A stretch of DNA of 64,000 bases from Candidatus Kapaibacterium sp. (lineage in GTDB: Bacteria > Bacteroidota > Ignavibacteria > Kapaibacteriales > UBA2268), in contig OY761611.1 in the NCBI GenBank assembly GCA_963664875.1, forward strand, positions 1,248,001 through 1,312,000, read 5' to 3'. Both the position numbers and the translations under genes were made by a program. Of the stretch, positions 26,985 through 36,670 are shown in pieces. The first letter of the stretch is position 1; each line of letters starts with the position of its first letter. The notes under the pieces were generated by a model. The model saw only the letters and a list, made by a program, of their open reading frames with translations, was not told where the DNA came from and did not search any database.

Positions 26985-28139
26985 CTATTGATTTCTATAT
27001 AAATCCTGGAGAACTGAATTGTGTTCCGATTTGTCTAAAATTGTCCAGATTCTGTTTCCTTTTGTGTCAATATAAAATAGCTCTCCATCTGCCCAAACCT
27101 TAGCTAAGCCTGAATCAAAATCTTCTACAAAATCATATTCGGGGTAGATAACTACTTTGTTGTTTCTATCTATAAAACCGTATTTACCATCTTTTTCGAA
27201 AGCTATCAGACCGTTGTAGGAATTACTTAAGTAGTAATATTGAGGTTGAATAAGCCACTTGCCATCTTTATCAAGTAAACCCCACTTTTCTCCTACCATA
27301 ACAGGAACTACTCCCTCACGCAGCAATCCGGTTTTGACATACTTTGGCTCAATAATGTAGTTCCCTTTTTTATCAATAAAACCAAAATATTTGTCTGACA
27401 TCACCTTGGCAAAGCCTTCGTTAAACGGAGTAGCAAAATCAAACTGAGGTCGAATTTCTATATCATAGTCATGATTCATATATCCCCATTTACCCTTAAT
27501 TTTAACTCCAGCTAAGCCTTCTGAAAATATATCAGCTTCTTCAAATGTTTTAGTGCTTAGCCACAAATCATTTGAAAGATAAGTATAAGGCTCATCTTTA
27601 GCATCAGCTAAAAGCACTATGGCTTTGCCCTCGTAAAAATCAGAGATATAGAAAAATCTATCATAATAGACAGTAACCCGTCCGGTATCAGTTTTCATTC
27701 TCTGCATAGCAGAAACGCGTTGACCGTATTTGTCAATTAAGCCATATTGAGAAGGTGTAGTTTGTAGTACAAATTTCGCATAAGAATTAGAAAAAGCTGA
27801 GTAACCGGGGCGGGTTACGCTCAGTACTTCTTCTCCGTACACATTGATATATTTATATTCGTTCCAGATACTGAAAAGCCCAAAAAGTCGATAAGGCTCT
27901 CTGACAAAAGCCAGACCATCAGAAAAGTAGGCAGATTTTTCAAATACTATATCGGCAAGTTCCTTTCCGTTTACATTCATTTTTGCTTTATTAAAATAGG
28001 GATAAAACTCACCTGATATTATAATAGCTCCGGTAGAATCTATATAAGAAACATAGTCTCCGTCTAAAACAGGAAATAGTTTGGCTTCGAGTCGTATAGT
28101 GGAAATTAAACAAAAAACAAAGAGAATTAAATATTTCAT
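26985..28139 (-). CDS. WG-repeat (KWG Leptospira-type) secreted protein
   Basis: Repeated FSEGLA.V....KWG(Y/F)ID..G...I.P units; signal peptide. Confidence 0.88.
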   Translation of the reverse strand: MKYLILFVFCLISTIRLEAKLFPVLDGDYVSYIDSTGAIIISGEFYPYFNKAKMNVNGKELADIVFEKSAYFSDGLAFVREPYRLFGLFSIWNEYKYINVYGEEVLSVTRPGYSAFSNSYAKFVLQTTPSQYGLIDKYGQRVSAMQRMKTDTGRVTVYYDRFFYISDFYEGKAIVLLADAKDEPYTYLSNDLWLSTKTFEEADIFSEGLAGVKIKGKWGYMNHDYDIEIRPQFDFATPFNEGFAKVMSDKYFGFIDKKGNYIIEPKYVKTGLLREGVVPVMVGEKWGLLDKDGKWLIQPQYYYLSNSYNGLIAFEKDGKYGFIDRNNKVVIYPEYDFVEDFDSGLAKVWADGELFYIDTKGNRIWTILDKSEHNSVLQDLYRNQ

Positions 28140-28178
28140 GATTTAATAAAAGTAGTGAACAAAAACAATAGTCATAAT

Positions 28179-28634
28179 TTACAAATTGAATTTCAAATCG
28201 AGAACTTTTTTTCTATGTTCAAAGATTTCTTTTACTTTGGTATCAACAATTTTTTGGGTCATTAATCTGCCAAGCAATCCCATTGGTACTGCGTAGTGTA
28301 TTATATCCTTCATTTCTGTTTTATCGCCGATTTTGCGAAAGAAATGCTGATGGTGCCAGAATTTATATGGGCCAAACCTCTGCTCATCTACAAAGTACTC
28401 CATTTCTCTTACATGTGTAATCTCAGTTACCCAATTAATTGGAATGCCGAGCAAAGGTGTAACTTTGTATTTGATTATCATTCCCTGATACATTTTAGGC
28501 GGTAAATCAGTTAATATTTTAAATCTAAGATATTCAGGGGTTATTTCTTCAAGATTTTTAGGGGATGAAAAATATTCCCATGCCTGCTCTATCGTCATAT
28601 TTAGGACTTGATTTGCTTCATATTTTTTTACCAT
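28179..28634 (-). CDS. SRPBCC family protein
   Basis: FSSPKNLEEITP, WVTEIT and FVDEQRFGPYKFWHHQHFF; GGAGG RBS before MVKKYE. Confidence 0.88.
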   Translation of the reverse strand: MVKKYEANQVLNMTIEQAWEYFSSPKNLEEITPEYLRFKILTDLPPKMYQGMIIKYKVTPLLGIPINWVTEITHVREMEYFVDEQRFGPYKFWHHQHFFRKIGDKTEMKDIIHYAVPMGLLGRLMTQKIVDTKVKEIFEHRKKVLDLKFNL

Positions 28635-28715
28635 ATCTATAGCCTCCAATTGCGTTAAGAATCATAAAGGAATAGAATGCTTACCGTTCAAATAATTGCA
28701 AATCAGAGATCGAAA

Positions 28716-29498
28716 TTATACTGTGTGCGTATATCTGTCCATAAACTCGACAACCGTCGGATCTTGTGAAGCTCTCAGAGCTTGCACATCACCATAGAAT
28801 TGCACCTTGCCGTCGTGGAGCATTGTTACTTTATGTGCGACCCTATCGACGGAAAACATATCATGAGTAATTACAATAGAAGTAACTTTGAACTTTTGTG
28901 CAAGCTCGCTTATCAGCATATCTATTTGTTCGGAAGTAACGGGATCTAAACCTGTAGTTGGTTCATCGTAAAAAATATATTCGGGATCGCCAACCAAGCC
29001 TCTTGCAACGCCTACTCTTTTCCGCATACCTCCGGATAAATCAGATGGTTTTTTATTTTTTAGTATTTCCCATTCTTTGCTGAACGCCGCTGTTTCAATT
29101 TCACTAATATCAGGCAACAAGCCAACAGCTGACAAAACTTTCTGTGCTCTTGGTTCGAGCAGTTTTAAATCTCTTTCTCCATGTTCGTATAAGCCGATAA
29201 TTACATTTTCGAACACAGTATAAGAATCAAATAGTGCTGCTCCCTGAAACACAAAACCCATTTTTTTACGCAAATCAAATAAGTTTTTTTTGGCAAGAGC
29301 ACTTACTTCAAATCCATCTACTTTTACACTGCCCTCATCCGGTTCCAAAAGCCCGACAATATGCTTAAGCAAAACGCTTTTTCCGCAGCCTGACTTGCCA
29401 ATTATACACATAGTCTGACCTTTTGGTATTTCAAAGCTTACACCATTCAATATTTTTTTTGCACCAAAAGCTTTATGCAAATTTTTAATCTCTATCAA
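28716..29498 (-). CDS. ABC transporter ATP-binding protein (MlaF/Mkl family)
   Basis: GKSGCGKS, VFQGAALFDS, LSGGMRKRVG and YDEPTTGLDP; probable TTG start (ORF track start 29534). Confidence 0.88.
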   Translation of the reverse strand: MIEIKNLHKAFGAKKILNGVSFEIPKGQTMCIIGKSGCGKSVLLKHIVGLLEPDEGSVKVDGFEVSALAKKNLFDLRKKMGFVFQGAALFDSYTVFENVIIGLYEHGERDLKLLEPRAQKVLSAVGLLPDISEIETAAFSKEWEILKNKKPSDLSGGMRKRVGVARGLVGDPEYIFYDEPTTGLDPVTSEQIDMLISELAQKFKVTSIVITHDMFSVDRVAHKVTMLHDGKVQFYGDVQALRASQDPTVVEFMDRYTHTV

Positions 29499-29548
29499 TC
29501 CACTATTCCTTTTACATATCAGAATAAAAAACAAACGATTGGTAATAT

Positions 29549-32392
29549 TTAGCTGACTTTGACTACAACCACAGTCATATCGTCGTATTGGCTGTTTGAG
29601 CCTGCAAACTTTTCAACTTCGTTAATTATGCAATCCCTAATGCCTTTAGCATCCAAATCAGATTTATCTTTTAGTATTTCAAGCAGTTTATCGCCGTCAA
29701 ATTCTTCACCGGCATAGTTTCTTGCTTCTACTACTCCATCGGTAACAAAAAGAAAAATATCACCCTGATTATAATCTATTTCAATTTGCTCGAGATTTCT
29801 ATCAAAAAGATTCTCTTTACTAATACCAAGCACTATGCCTTTAGGGACTAATTTGTCCACAGATCTGTCTGCTGCTCTAAATAAATAAAGAGGTAAATGC
29901 CCTGCCCGTGCCAGAAGTATTCTTTTCTTCGTTATGTCAAATTTTGCACCAATTACCGAAATAAAAGAATTTTTCTCCATTGATTTATAAAGCAAAGTAT
30001 TTGTCTTAATAAATAACTCTTGTGGTGAAAAATCAAATTCGCTCAGAGTTCTCAAAATACCTTGTGCTTTTGACATATACAGTGCAGCACTTGTACCTTT
30101 GCCACTTACATCACCAACCACAATTGTTAACTTATCAGGCTGACCATTAAGGAAATCGTAAAAATCACCACCAACTTCGAGTGCAGGTACCGATTTGCCA
30201 GAAATATCTAAGTTGCTGAACTCTGGAATACTTGGCGGTAAAGATGCAAGTTGGATTTTTCTTGCAAGGTCTAATTCGTGCTTCATTCTTTCTCTTTTAG
30301 CCAAATCCTCGTAAAGGAATGCGTTTTCAGCAGCGATAGAGACCTGATTGCATATTATTGTGAATAATTCCATATCGTCAGCATGGTAGGCAGTTTCAGA
30401 TTGTTTTTCGCCTGTGATGATTATTCCAATCAAATTCCCTTTATTCAAAATTGGGAATACATACTTAAACCCGCAAGACTCGAAAACATTTTTCAGTTTT
30501 TCCGGAAGATATTCTACAGGCATTGCACCAGTGTAGTTTTCAACTGATTTAATTATCTGAGCACCAACTGCTATAAAGAACTCACTCAGCTCTTTTGTTT
30601 CGACTCCGTCGTAGCTTTGGGCAGAAATTTTATTCCCGTCTTTGAAAAACATAACACCACTGCTTTTCAAACCTATAAACAAACCAAGTTTCTGCACCAC
30701 TGCTTTGGACAAATCTTTCAGAGAATGATTGTCCTGAATCAACTCAGAAAACTTTTCAGAGAGTTTGCGAAAATCGAATTTGAATCTATAATATTTAGAA
30801 TCAATAAAAAGACTAAATCGTCTGTCGAAATATCTTAAAATGAAGAAAAATATCAAAGCAATCCCGGCAAGCAGTATCTTTTGGTAAATCATATCCAAAT
30901 CCGGTGCTAAAGGATGCTTAAGCACTTCGAGCGATGAACCGTTGAAATGCAGGTTAGGTAAGATAATGTGCTGTTTGGAAGCTATCCACAAAACAGAAAG
31001 AAAAATCACTATCAGACTTAAGCGCCAAAGTCCAATAATAAAAAAGTACTGGATGTTGCGTCGAATCCGAATATTAAGTCCCAATAGCTGGTATCTGCCT
31101 ATGGTATATAGATATGCTAACGGAATAAGAATAAAAAGCAGGGGTGCGTACTCTTTTGCATATTCGAATATTTGAGTAAATATACTATTAGAAGGCAAAA
31201 ACACTCTCAGATCTGTAACAAAAAACACAGAAATCAAAAGGACTATTGCTAAACTCGAATTCAGAGCCCAGCGTATGGCTTTCCCTCGCCTAACATCTTC
31301 TTTTGAAGTTTTGTCTCTGTTGAAAATTTTCACCAAAAACACGTACAATAAAATGAGCAGTATGTATCCCATCCCAAAGTAAATATACAGCAATCCTTCC
31401 TGAAGGACATAATACCAAATAACTGATGAAACCAGCCCAAGTATCCCGATGATATACATAGTCCATACAAACCATGGCTTTGAAGTGTAGGCTTTGTTTT
31501 CATCCGGAAAATGGAAAGTACTATGCAAGAAAACAGGAATGCCAATAAAGAAACTGATGTGGTAAATTGCCATCATCAATTCGGAAAAATGGTCAAAATT
31601 CTTGGGATAGATATCTATAGCAAAAGAAATTAGAAACCCAATCAAAACAAGCCCCATACTTGTTAAACGGGCTGAGCGAAGCTCCGGTCTCTTAAAACCA
31701 ATATAAAAGCCTAAGGCAATAGTAAGCATTCCGGAAATTAGGAACAGGAACTTATTAAAAGATATGCCATAACGAGCAAGATTTACAGTTATATCAAGCT
31801 TTTCTCCATTTCTTAAAATGGTATAAGTCAAAGGGTGTTCCTTTCCTTCAATTCTGGCAATTCTATCAGCCTCGAACATATCTTTGAAAGTTTTGCCGTC
31901 AATAGCTACAATCATATCCCATCTTTTCATGCCGGCTCGGTCGGAAGCTCCATCGGGTGCGACATTACTAACCATTACAATTGATTCTTGATACTCAAAA
32001 TCGTTGAGCTCCAGATCTGAAGCTTGAACGTATAAATCTTTGATAAGCAAATTTTTGAAGTTGAACACTCTAAACTTTATAGTCTTTTCAGAGAGCGAAT
32101 TTTCGAGTCTCACAAAAAAATCTTTCTTTTCCAAAGCTATAGAATCATTGAGAGTAGCTATAAAATCGCCTCTAAAAAGCGTATCGAGTTTTTTTTCGGA
32201 AGTTTTGGAATCTATACGATAAGCAGGTATATCTTTTGCAACCATGATTCTTGGAGCTGTTTCAAAAGAGTTTTCGTCTGTTACGGAGCTAATAGTTCTG
32301 TAAAAAGAAAAACTCATAATGCCAAACAGCATTGCTGCAAGCAGACTGATAAAAATACGAAAGCCGTTATATTTGACAGTTTCTTGATTCAT
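29549..32392 (-). CDS. Membrane sensor phosphatase: PDZ + multi-TM + GAF + PP2C/SpoIIE
   Basis: PDZ motif VAPDGASDRAGMKRWDMIVAIDG; several TM helices; EVGGDFYD, GDVSGKG, TDGVVEA and DDMT. Confidence 0.88.
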   Translation of the reverse strand: MNQETVKYNGFRIFISLLAAMLFGIMSFSFYRTISSVTDENSFETAPRIMVAKDIPAYRIDSKTSEKKLDTLFRGDFIATLNDSIALEKKDFFVRLENSLSEKTIKFRVFNFKNLLIKDLYVQASDLELNDFEYQESIVMVSNVAPDGASDRAGMKRWDMIVAIDGKTFKDMFEADRIARIEGKEHPLTYTILRNGEKLDITVNLARYGISFNKFLFLISGMLTIALGFYIGFKRPELRSARLTSMGLVLIGFLISFAIDIYPKNFDHFSELMMAIYHISFFIGIPVFLHSTFHFPDENKAYTSKPWFVWTMYIIGILGLVSSVIWYYVLQEGLLYIYFGMGYILLILLYVFLVKIFNRDKTSKEDVRRGKAIRWALNSSLAIVLLISVFFVTDLRVFLPSNSIFTQIFEYAKEYAPLLFILIPLAYLYTIGRYQLLGLNIRIRRNIQYFFIIGLWRLSLIVIFLSVLWIASKQHIILPNLHFNGSSLEVLKHPLAPDLDMIYQKILLAGIALIFFFILRYFDRRFSLFIDSKYYRFKFDFRKLSEKFSELIQDNHSLKDLSKAVVQKLGLFIGLKSSGVMFFKDGNKISAQSYDGVETKELSEFFIAVGAQIIKSVENYTGAMPVEYLPEKLKNVFESCGFKYVFPILNKGNLIGIIITGEKQSETAYHADDMELFTIICNQVSIAAENAFLYEDLAKRERMKHELDLARKIQLASLPPSIPEFSNLDISGKSVPALEVGGDFYDFLNGQPDKLTIVVGDVSGKGTSAALYMSKAQGILRTLSEFDFSPQELFIKTNTLLYKSMEKNSFISVIGAKFDITKKRILLARAGHLPLYLFRAADRSVDKLVPKGIVLGISKENLFDRNLEQIEIDYNQGDIFLFVTDGVVEARNYAGEEFDGDKLLEILKDKSDLDAKGIRDCIINEVEKFAGSNSQYDDMTVVVVKVS

Positions 32393-32484
32393 GGATATAT
32401 TTTATTGTGATGTAATAAAGTAAAAACGTATTTTATAATGCAAATGTTACGAATATTTCCGAAAATAACTAATAATAATACACT

Positions 32485-33195
32485 ATGGACTTAAAAAAGC
32501 TCATTGAAGAGCTACAATCTCATGCGAACCCAAAAAATGTAGAAGGTATGGCTCGATTCGGTATTGATTCGAAAGATGCACTTGGAATTCCTTCGCAAAT
32601 TATCAAAAACATTGCTAAAGAAATAGGGACTAATCACACTTTAGCTCAGCAAGCATGGGACTGCGGTATTCACGAAGCAAAGTGGTTAGCGCCTCTTATC
32701 GCAGACAAAAAACAAATAAATGATGAACTATTGGAAAAATGGGTACATGAGCTTAACTCTTGGGATATATGCGACAATCTCATGACTAAATACGTGCGAT
32801 TTGCGCCCAATGCTCTCGAACTTATTGATAGGTGGCAGCAGTCTGACAAAGAGTTTGTGCGTAGAGCCGGTTTTGCTCTGATTGCCTTTGTGGTAGTACA
32901 CTATAAGAAAAACCCAGATGATGATTTTCTTCACTTTTTTGATTTTATTTTCGACAAAGCTCAAGATGAAAGGAATATGGTCAAAAAAGCTGTAAACTGG
33001 GCATTAAGAAGTTTAGGCAAACGATCGCTATTCCTGCGGGAAAAAGCTCTGCAATGCTCTCAAGACCTGCTAAGTCATTACAAATTCAACAGAGCTGCAC
33101 GATGGATAGCCCATGATGCAATACGCGAACTTAATGATGCAAAAATAATAGCCAGGCTCGAACAGAAAGAGAACAAAAAAGCAACATTATCATAG
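32485..33195 (+). CDS. DNA alkylation repair protein (AlkD-like HEAT-repeat glycosylase)
   Basis: GMARFGI, SWDICD, EFVRRAGF and DERNMVKKAVNWALRSLGKR. Confidence 0.88.
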   Translation: MDLKKLIEELQSHANPKNVEGMARFGIDSKDALGIPSQIIKNIAKEIGTNHTLAQQAWDCGIHEAKWLAPLIADKKQINDELLEKWVHELNSWDICDNLMTKYVRFAPNALELIDRWQQSDKEFVRRAGFALIAFVVVHYKKNPDDDFLHFFDFIFDKAQDERNMVKKAVNWALRSLGKRSLFLREKALQCSQDLLSHYKFNRAARWIAHDAIRELNDAKIIARLEQKENKKATLS

Positions 33196-33242
33196 TAAAG
33201 CCGTATATTTAAGTATATCTTACTTTATAGCAATATAAAAAA

Positions 33243-33701
33243 ATGGTAGATCGCCCCATACATAAAGCAGCAGTTATTTTGCTTACTCTAAGCTTGATGT
33301 TTTCTTCTGTTGGCATTAACTTATATACGCACGTATGCCACACCAAAGGAATCACCGAGGTATCTGTAGTGCCTTCCGGCAATTTAGAAATTTGCTCGGA
33401 ATGCTCGGCTAATGACCAAGAATGTGGAACTGATTTACGTGATTGTTGCTCATCACATGCAGAAAGCCAAACTCCATGTTGTGAACATAATTCGCTGTTT
33501 TTAAAGGCATCACATGAGTTTGTAACTTTAGAAAAAACTGTATTACAAGCTCCGATTGCCATCTTAGGTATAGTTTCACAGTCCGTTTTGCATAAATGCA
33601 TAAAGTATATTGATTTTTCTAAAACGACAACACATTACAGCGGCATTTCTCCCCCATTTCGAGATAGATTTCGTCATTTTATTTCTTCGTTGACTGAATA
33701 G
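33243..33701 (+). CDS. HYC_CC_PP-family Cys/His-rich protein
   Basis: Hydrophobic N-terminus, G.N...HVC, DCC, PCC and a terminal SPP motif; lies upstream of a heavy-metal-binding gene. Confidence 0.7.
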   Translation: MVDRPIHKAAVILLTLSLMFSSVGINLYTHVCHTKGITEVSVVPSGNLEICSECSANDQECGTDLRDCCSSHAESQTPCCEHNSLFLKASHEFVTLEKTVLQAPIAILGIVSQSVLHKCIKYIDFSKTTTHYSGISPPFRDRFRHFISSLTE

Positions 33702-33767
33702 AATATAGTTTAGCTAAAATCTAAGTATTTCAATAACTAAATTCAAATCAATTCGAAGGAATAAAAA

Positions 33768-34130
33768 ATGACTTATCTAAATAAACTCAGCGTTGCATTG
33801 GTAGCAACAATTCTAATTCTCACATCAGCATTTGAACTATACGGGAAAGATGTGAAGAAAAGCGAGATACAAACTCCAACAGTCCAATGCGGAATGTGCA
33901 AAGAAAGAATCGAAAAAAGGCTCAATAAGCTCGAGGGTGTTATATCATCTGATGTGGATTACGAAAAAAAAGTGACTACTGTCGAATACGACACCGAACT
34001 TATTAGTTTAGATGACATAAGAGAAGAAATTTCGGACATAGGCTATGATGCTGACAAAGTAAAAAAAGACGAAAGAGCCTATAAGCGTCTGCATAACTGT
34101 TGCAAATTACCTGAAGATCAGAAAAAGTAG
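33768..34130 (+). CDS. Exported heavy-metal-associated (HMA) domain protein
   Basis: Signal peptide; QCGMCKERIE motif, GV..S.VD, IGYDA and C-terminal LHNCCK. Confidence 0.88.
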   Translation: MTYLNKLSVALVATILILTSAFELYGKDVKKSEIQTPTVQCGMCKERIEKRLNKLEGVISSDVDYEKKVTTVEYDTELISLDDIREEISDIGYDADKVKKDERAYKRLHNCCKLPEDQKK

Positions 34131-34154
34131 TTTGCTTTTGAGTTTCATATATGT

Positions 34155-34192
34155 TAGAGGCTGTATCATAAAAAATACAGCCTCTTTTTTTT
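34155..34192 (+). terminator. Intrinsic terminator after the HMA gene
   Basis: AGAGGCTGTAT...ATACAGCCTCT followed by a T-run. Confidence 0.8.
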
Positions 34193-34270
34193 GCATTTAC
34201 TTTTGTGTAGTCTGAAAAGTGGTTTTAATAATTATTGACCGGATAAAAACGTAATAAACAGGTCTATATA

Positions 34271-34315
34271 CGCAAAAAGGAGTTTACTAATATTAAAGTA
34301 AACTCCTTTTTTGCG
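34271..34315 (-). terminator. Terminator directly after the tRNA pair
   Basis: CGCAAAAAGGAGTTTACT...AGTAAACTCCTTTTTTGCG inverted repeat. Confidence 0.75.
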
Positions 34316-34396
34316 GAGGATGAGGGACTCGAACCCCCATGGGCGTAAACCCGGCGGTTTTCAAGACCGCTGCAATACCAATTATGCGAATCCTCC
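34314..34396 (-). tRNA. tRNA-Ser (anticodon TGA), copy 2; CCA not encoded
   Basis: GGAGGAT acceptor stem, GCGGT-CTTGAAA-ACCGC anticodon arm, long variable arm, GGTTCGAGTCC T-loop, G discriminator. Confidence 0.95.
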
Positions 34397-34447
34397 AAAT
34401 TGGTTTTGCTTCTGTAAGCGATTCAGAATTTTAATATTTTTTTTGAG

Positions 34448-34530
34448 CGGAGGATGAGGGACTCGAACCCCCATGGGCGTAAACCCGGCGGTTTTCAAGA
34501 CCGCTGCAATACCAATTATGCGAATCCTCC
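34448..34530 (-). tRNA. tRNA-Ser (anticodon TGA), copy 1; identical to 34314-34396
   Basis: Same 83-nt sequence and cloverleaf. Confidence 0.95.
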
Positions 34531-34552
34531 GAACCGCTCAAAAGAACGAGTA

Positions 34553-34583
34553 CAAATATATAGTTTCTTTCGTTTTTTGCAAA
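34553..34583 (-). promoter_or_regulatory. Bacteroidota-type housekeeping promoter of the tRNA pair
   Basis: TTTG-N19-TATATTTG on the minus strand, matching the -33/-7 consensus. Confidence 0.75.
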
Positions 34584-34665
34584 ATTTTTTTTTTATTTTT
34601 TTCTGTTTTGATTGTCTCTTTTTATTCGATATTTTTATAACACATTTTAGTAAAAAGGGCTTGCG

Positions 34666-35448
34666 ATGAATATAAGAATCGAAAAAAAAATTGCTTTTAT
34701 ATGTGGTGCTTCCGATGGGCTTGGTTTGGCTATAGCACAACGTCTTGCTGAGATGGGTGCAAGCTGTATACTTGCTGCAAGAAGCGAAGAAAAACTTAAC
34801 AAAATCACTCAGGAACTCGAGCAGGAATTTCCTAACAATCATAGATGTATTGTTATGGATTTTCAGGATTACGGCAGTGCTAATAAAATACTTCTGCAAA
34901 ATGGCATAGAGAAAGCAGACATTATAATCAATAATGCAGGTGGCCCTCCTCCGGGTTTAGTTCAGAATGCATCAAGTGTAGATTTTCTACTGGCTTTCGA
35001 ACGGCATTTATTTTTTTCTCAAAATCTTGTCTCATATTTTATACCTTATATGAAAAGACAAAAATGGGGACGCATCATCAACGTCATCTCTGTGGGTGCT
35101 AAACAGCCAATTGCCAACCTTGGTGTTTCTAATACTTTACGTGGAGCCATGGCATCGTGGGCTAAAACACTTGCTAATGAACTGGGAGAATTTGGTATAA
35201 CTGTGAATAATTTATTGCCGGGTCATACCAAAACCAAACGATTAGAAAGTTTGATAGCAACAAACAGTAGCAAACAAGGCATTGCATACGAAGAATTAGA
35301 AAATAAAATGATTGCCGACATACCGGCAGGTAGGTTTGGGGAGCCTTGGGAGTTTGCCGCAGCAGCAGGATTTTTGTCATCGGACTTTGCATCATTTATA
35401 AACGGAGTAAATATTCCGATTGATGGAGGCTTTTTAAAATCACTGTAA
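34666..35448 (+). CDS. SDR family oxidoreductase
   Basis: GASDGLG, NNAGGPPPG, WGRIINV, SNTLR and VNNLLPG. Confidence 0.9.
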   Translation: MNIRIEKKIAFICGASDGLGLAIAQRLAEMGASCILAARSEEKLNKITQELEQEFPNNHRCIVMDFQDYGSANKILLQNGIEKADIIINNAGGPPPGLVQNASSVDFLLAFERHLFFSQNLVSYFIPYMKRQKWGRIINVISVGAKQPIANLGVSNTLRGAMASWAKTLANELGEFGITVNNLLPGHTKTKRLESLIATNSSKQGIAYEELENKMIADIPAGRFGEPWEFAAAAGFLSSDFASFINGVNIPIDGGFLKSL

Positions 35449-35647
35449 TTTTATTCAGTAGATTTTAGGTTCTTGTGTTCTATGCAAATTTGACTAAGAA
35501 ATATAAATCTTTGCAAACATTGAACTAATGGGCTTAACAGTCTTTTATGATTCTGAATAATACTCATTCTATCTACATATTTTAATTGGCAATTTTTTTC
35601 CAATTAAACCTACTTAAGGTTTTTTTTATCAAATTTTTTTTTTTTGC

Positions 35648-35678
35648 TTGCTATTTATAAGAAAGTCTTTTACATTTG
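35648..35678 (+). promoter_or_regulatory. Putative promoter of ftsQAZ
   Basis: TTG-N20-TACATTTG, matching the Bacteroidota -33/-7 pattern. Confidence 0.6.
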
Positions 35679-35826
35679 CAGTTAAGAGGAAAAAAAGCAG
35701 CATAAGGCGGGAGTAAATCTGCACGGATTGCCCCACCAAAAACAAAGAAAAAATCGTACCAAATTAGACACATGAAGGCATCTTTTTGTCTTCGGATTTT
35801 TGCAATCCTTTTTTCATTGGGGGAAA

Positions 35827-36630
35827 ATGAAAAATAGGCTACAAAATATTGCAGAGTCATACGTGCACTTTTTTCAATCTAAAGGCAGACTGAACCTATT
35901 CAGTCTTTTAGCATTGATTTTGTGCATCACATTGCTCGTTATTTATGCTCGTGAGTGGCAGGCTGACCAAGTAATCGAAAAAATCGAGTTTGTCGGCAAC
36001 GCTTCTTTGAGTACTGAATATTTATATACTGTTTTGCCGGATAGCATTATCGGCAAAAAGGTCTCCCCTGTACTACTGAACAAAGTATCATCTTCGATAG
36101 ACAAAGTATCCGCTGTCAAACAGTGCGATATTAGTATGAGTGGTTCATCTACTTTGGTAATTTATATTAGCGAAGCTCAGCCGGCGGCTGCAAGATTAAA
36201 CGCCAAAGGGAATATAGAATACATTGGCGACAATGGGAAGATACTCAAAACACCTGAATCTTTTTACACTGATGTCCCTTTGATTTCCGGTTTCAATTTT
36301 AACGCAATTAATGATACTTCAAGAAAAGCACAAGAATATTACAGAGTCAATTTGATTACTAAAGCTATTGATGTCTTAGAGAAATTAAAATCCTACAAAG
36401 ATGGATATTATTACCAAATATTAGATGAAATCAAATACAACAGCTCTGATAAATCTTACGAAATATTTTTGACTAATGACAGAATCAAAATAATAATAGA
36501 ACCGCTTTATGGAATTGATGCACAACTCGAAAAATTAGATTTCTTTTGGCTGAACCGTTTGCTAAGCAATACAGTTCAGGTAAATGAGTATATCGATTTG
36601 CGTTGGAATGACCGCATCATCTATAGTTAG
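35827..36630 (+). CDS. ftsQ: Cell division protein FtsQ/DivIB
   Basis: Single TM, POTRA-like domain, C-terminal YIDLRW; directly upstream of ftsA; ORF track start 35800. Confidence 0.85.
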   Translation: MKNRLQNIAESYVHFFQSKGRLNLFSLLALILCITLLVIYAREWQADQVIEKIEFVGNASLSTEYLYTVLPDSIIGKKVSPVLLNKVSSSIDKVSAVKQCDISMSGSSTLVIYISEAQPAAARLNAKGNIEYIGDNGKILKTPESFYTDVPLISGFNFNAINDTSRKAQEYYRVNLITKAIDVLEKLKSYKDGYYYQILDEIKYNSSDKSYEIFLTNDRIKIIIEPLYGIDAQLEKLDFFWLNRLLSNTVQVNEYIDLRWNDRIIYS

Positions 36631-36670
36631 ATAATTTGAATAAGTAAATAAAATAAACGGACTTTGTCTC

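Noticed and set aside
26985-28139. Repetitive pattern as a DNA repeat array or CRISPR
   Set aside because: The repeats are degenerate protein-level WG repeats; no direct-repeat/spacer array or cas gene was seen anywhere in the window
33209-33601. 130-aa minus-strand Cys-rich ORF
   Set aside because: Antisense shadow of the HYC_CC_PP gene, which has the recognisable motifs and operon context
34314-34530. tRNAs as possible tRNA-Sec, given the chalcogen-related cluster
   Set aside because: The anticodon reads TGA (decodes UCA, Ser), not TCA, and the acceptor stem is a normal 7 bp
34130-34666. Duplicated tRNA as attL/attR of an integrated element
   Set aside because: Both copies are full length and only 51 nt apart, and there is no integrase or cargo in the window
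34454-34899. ORFs 34454-34669 (+) and 34516-34899 (-)
   Set aside because: They overlap the tRNA, its promoter and the SDR gene, and translate to low-complexity sequence
35680-35826. Possible riboswitch or ncRNA in the ftsQ leader
   Set aside because: No recognisable aptamer consensus or convincing terminator/antiterminator; an Rfam search would be needed
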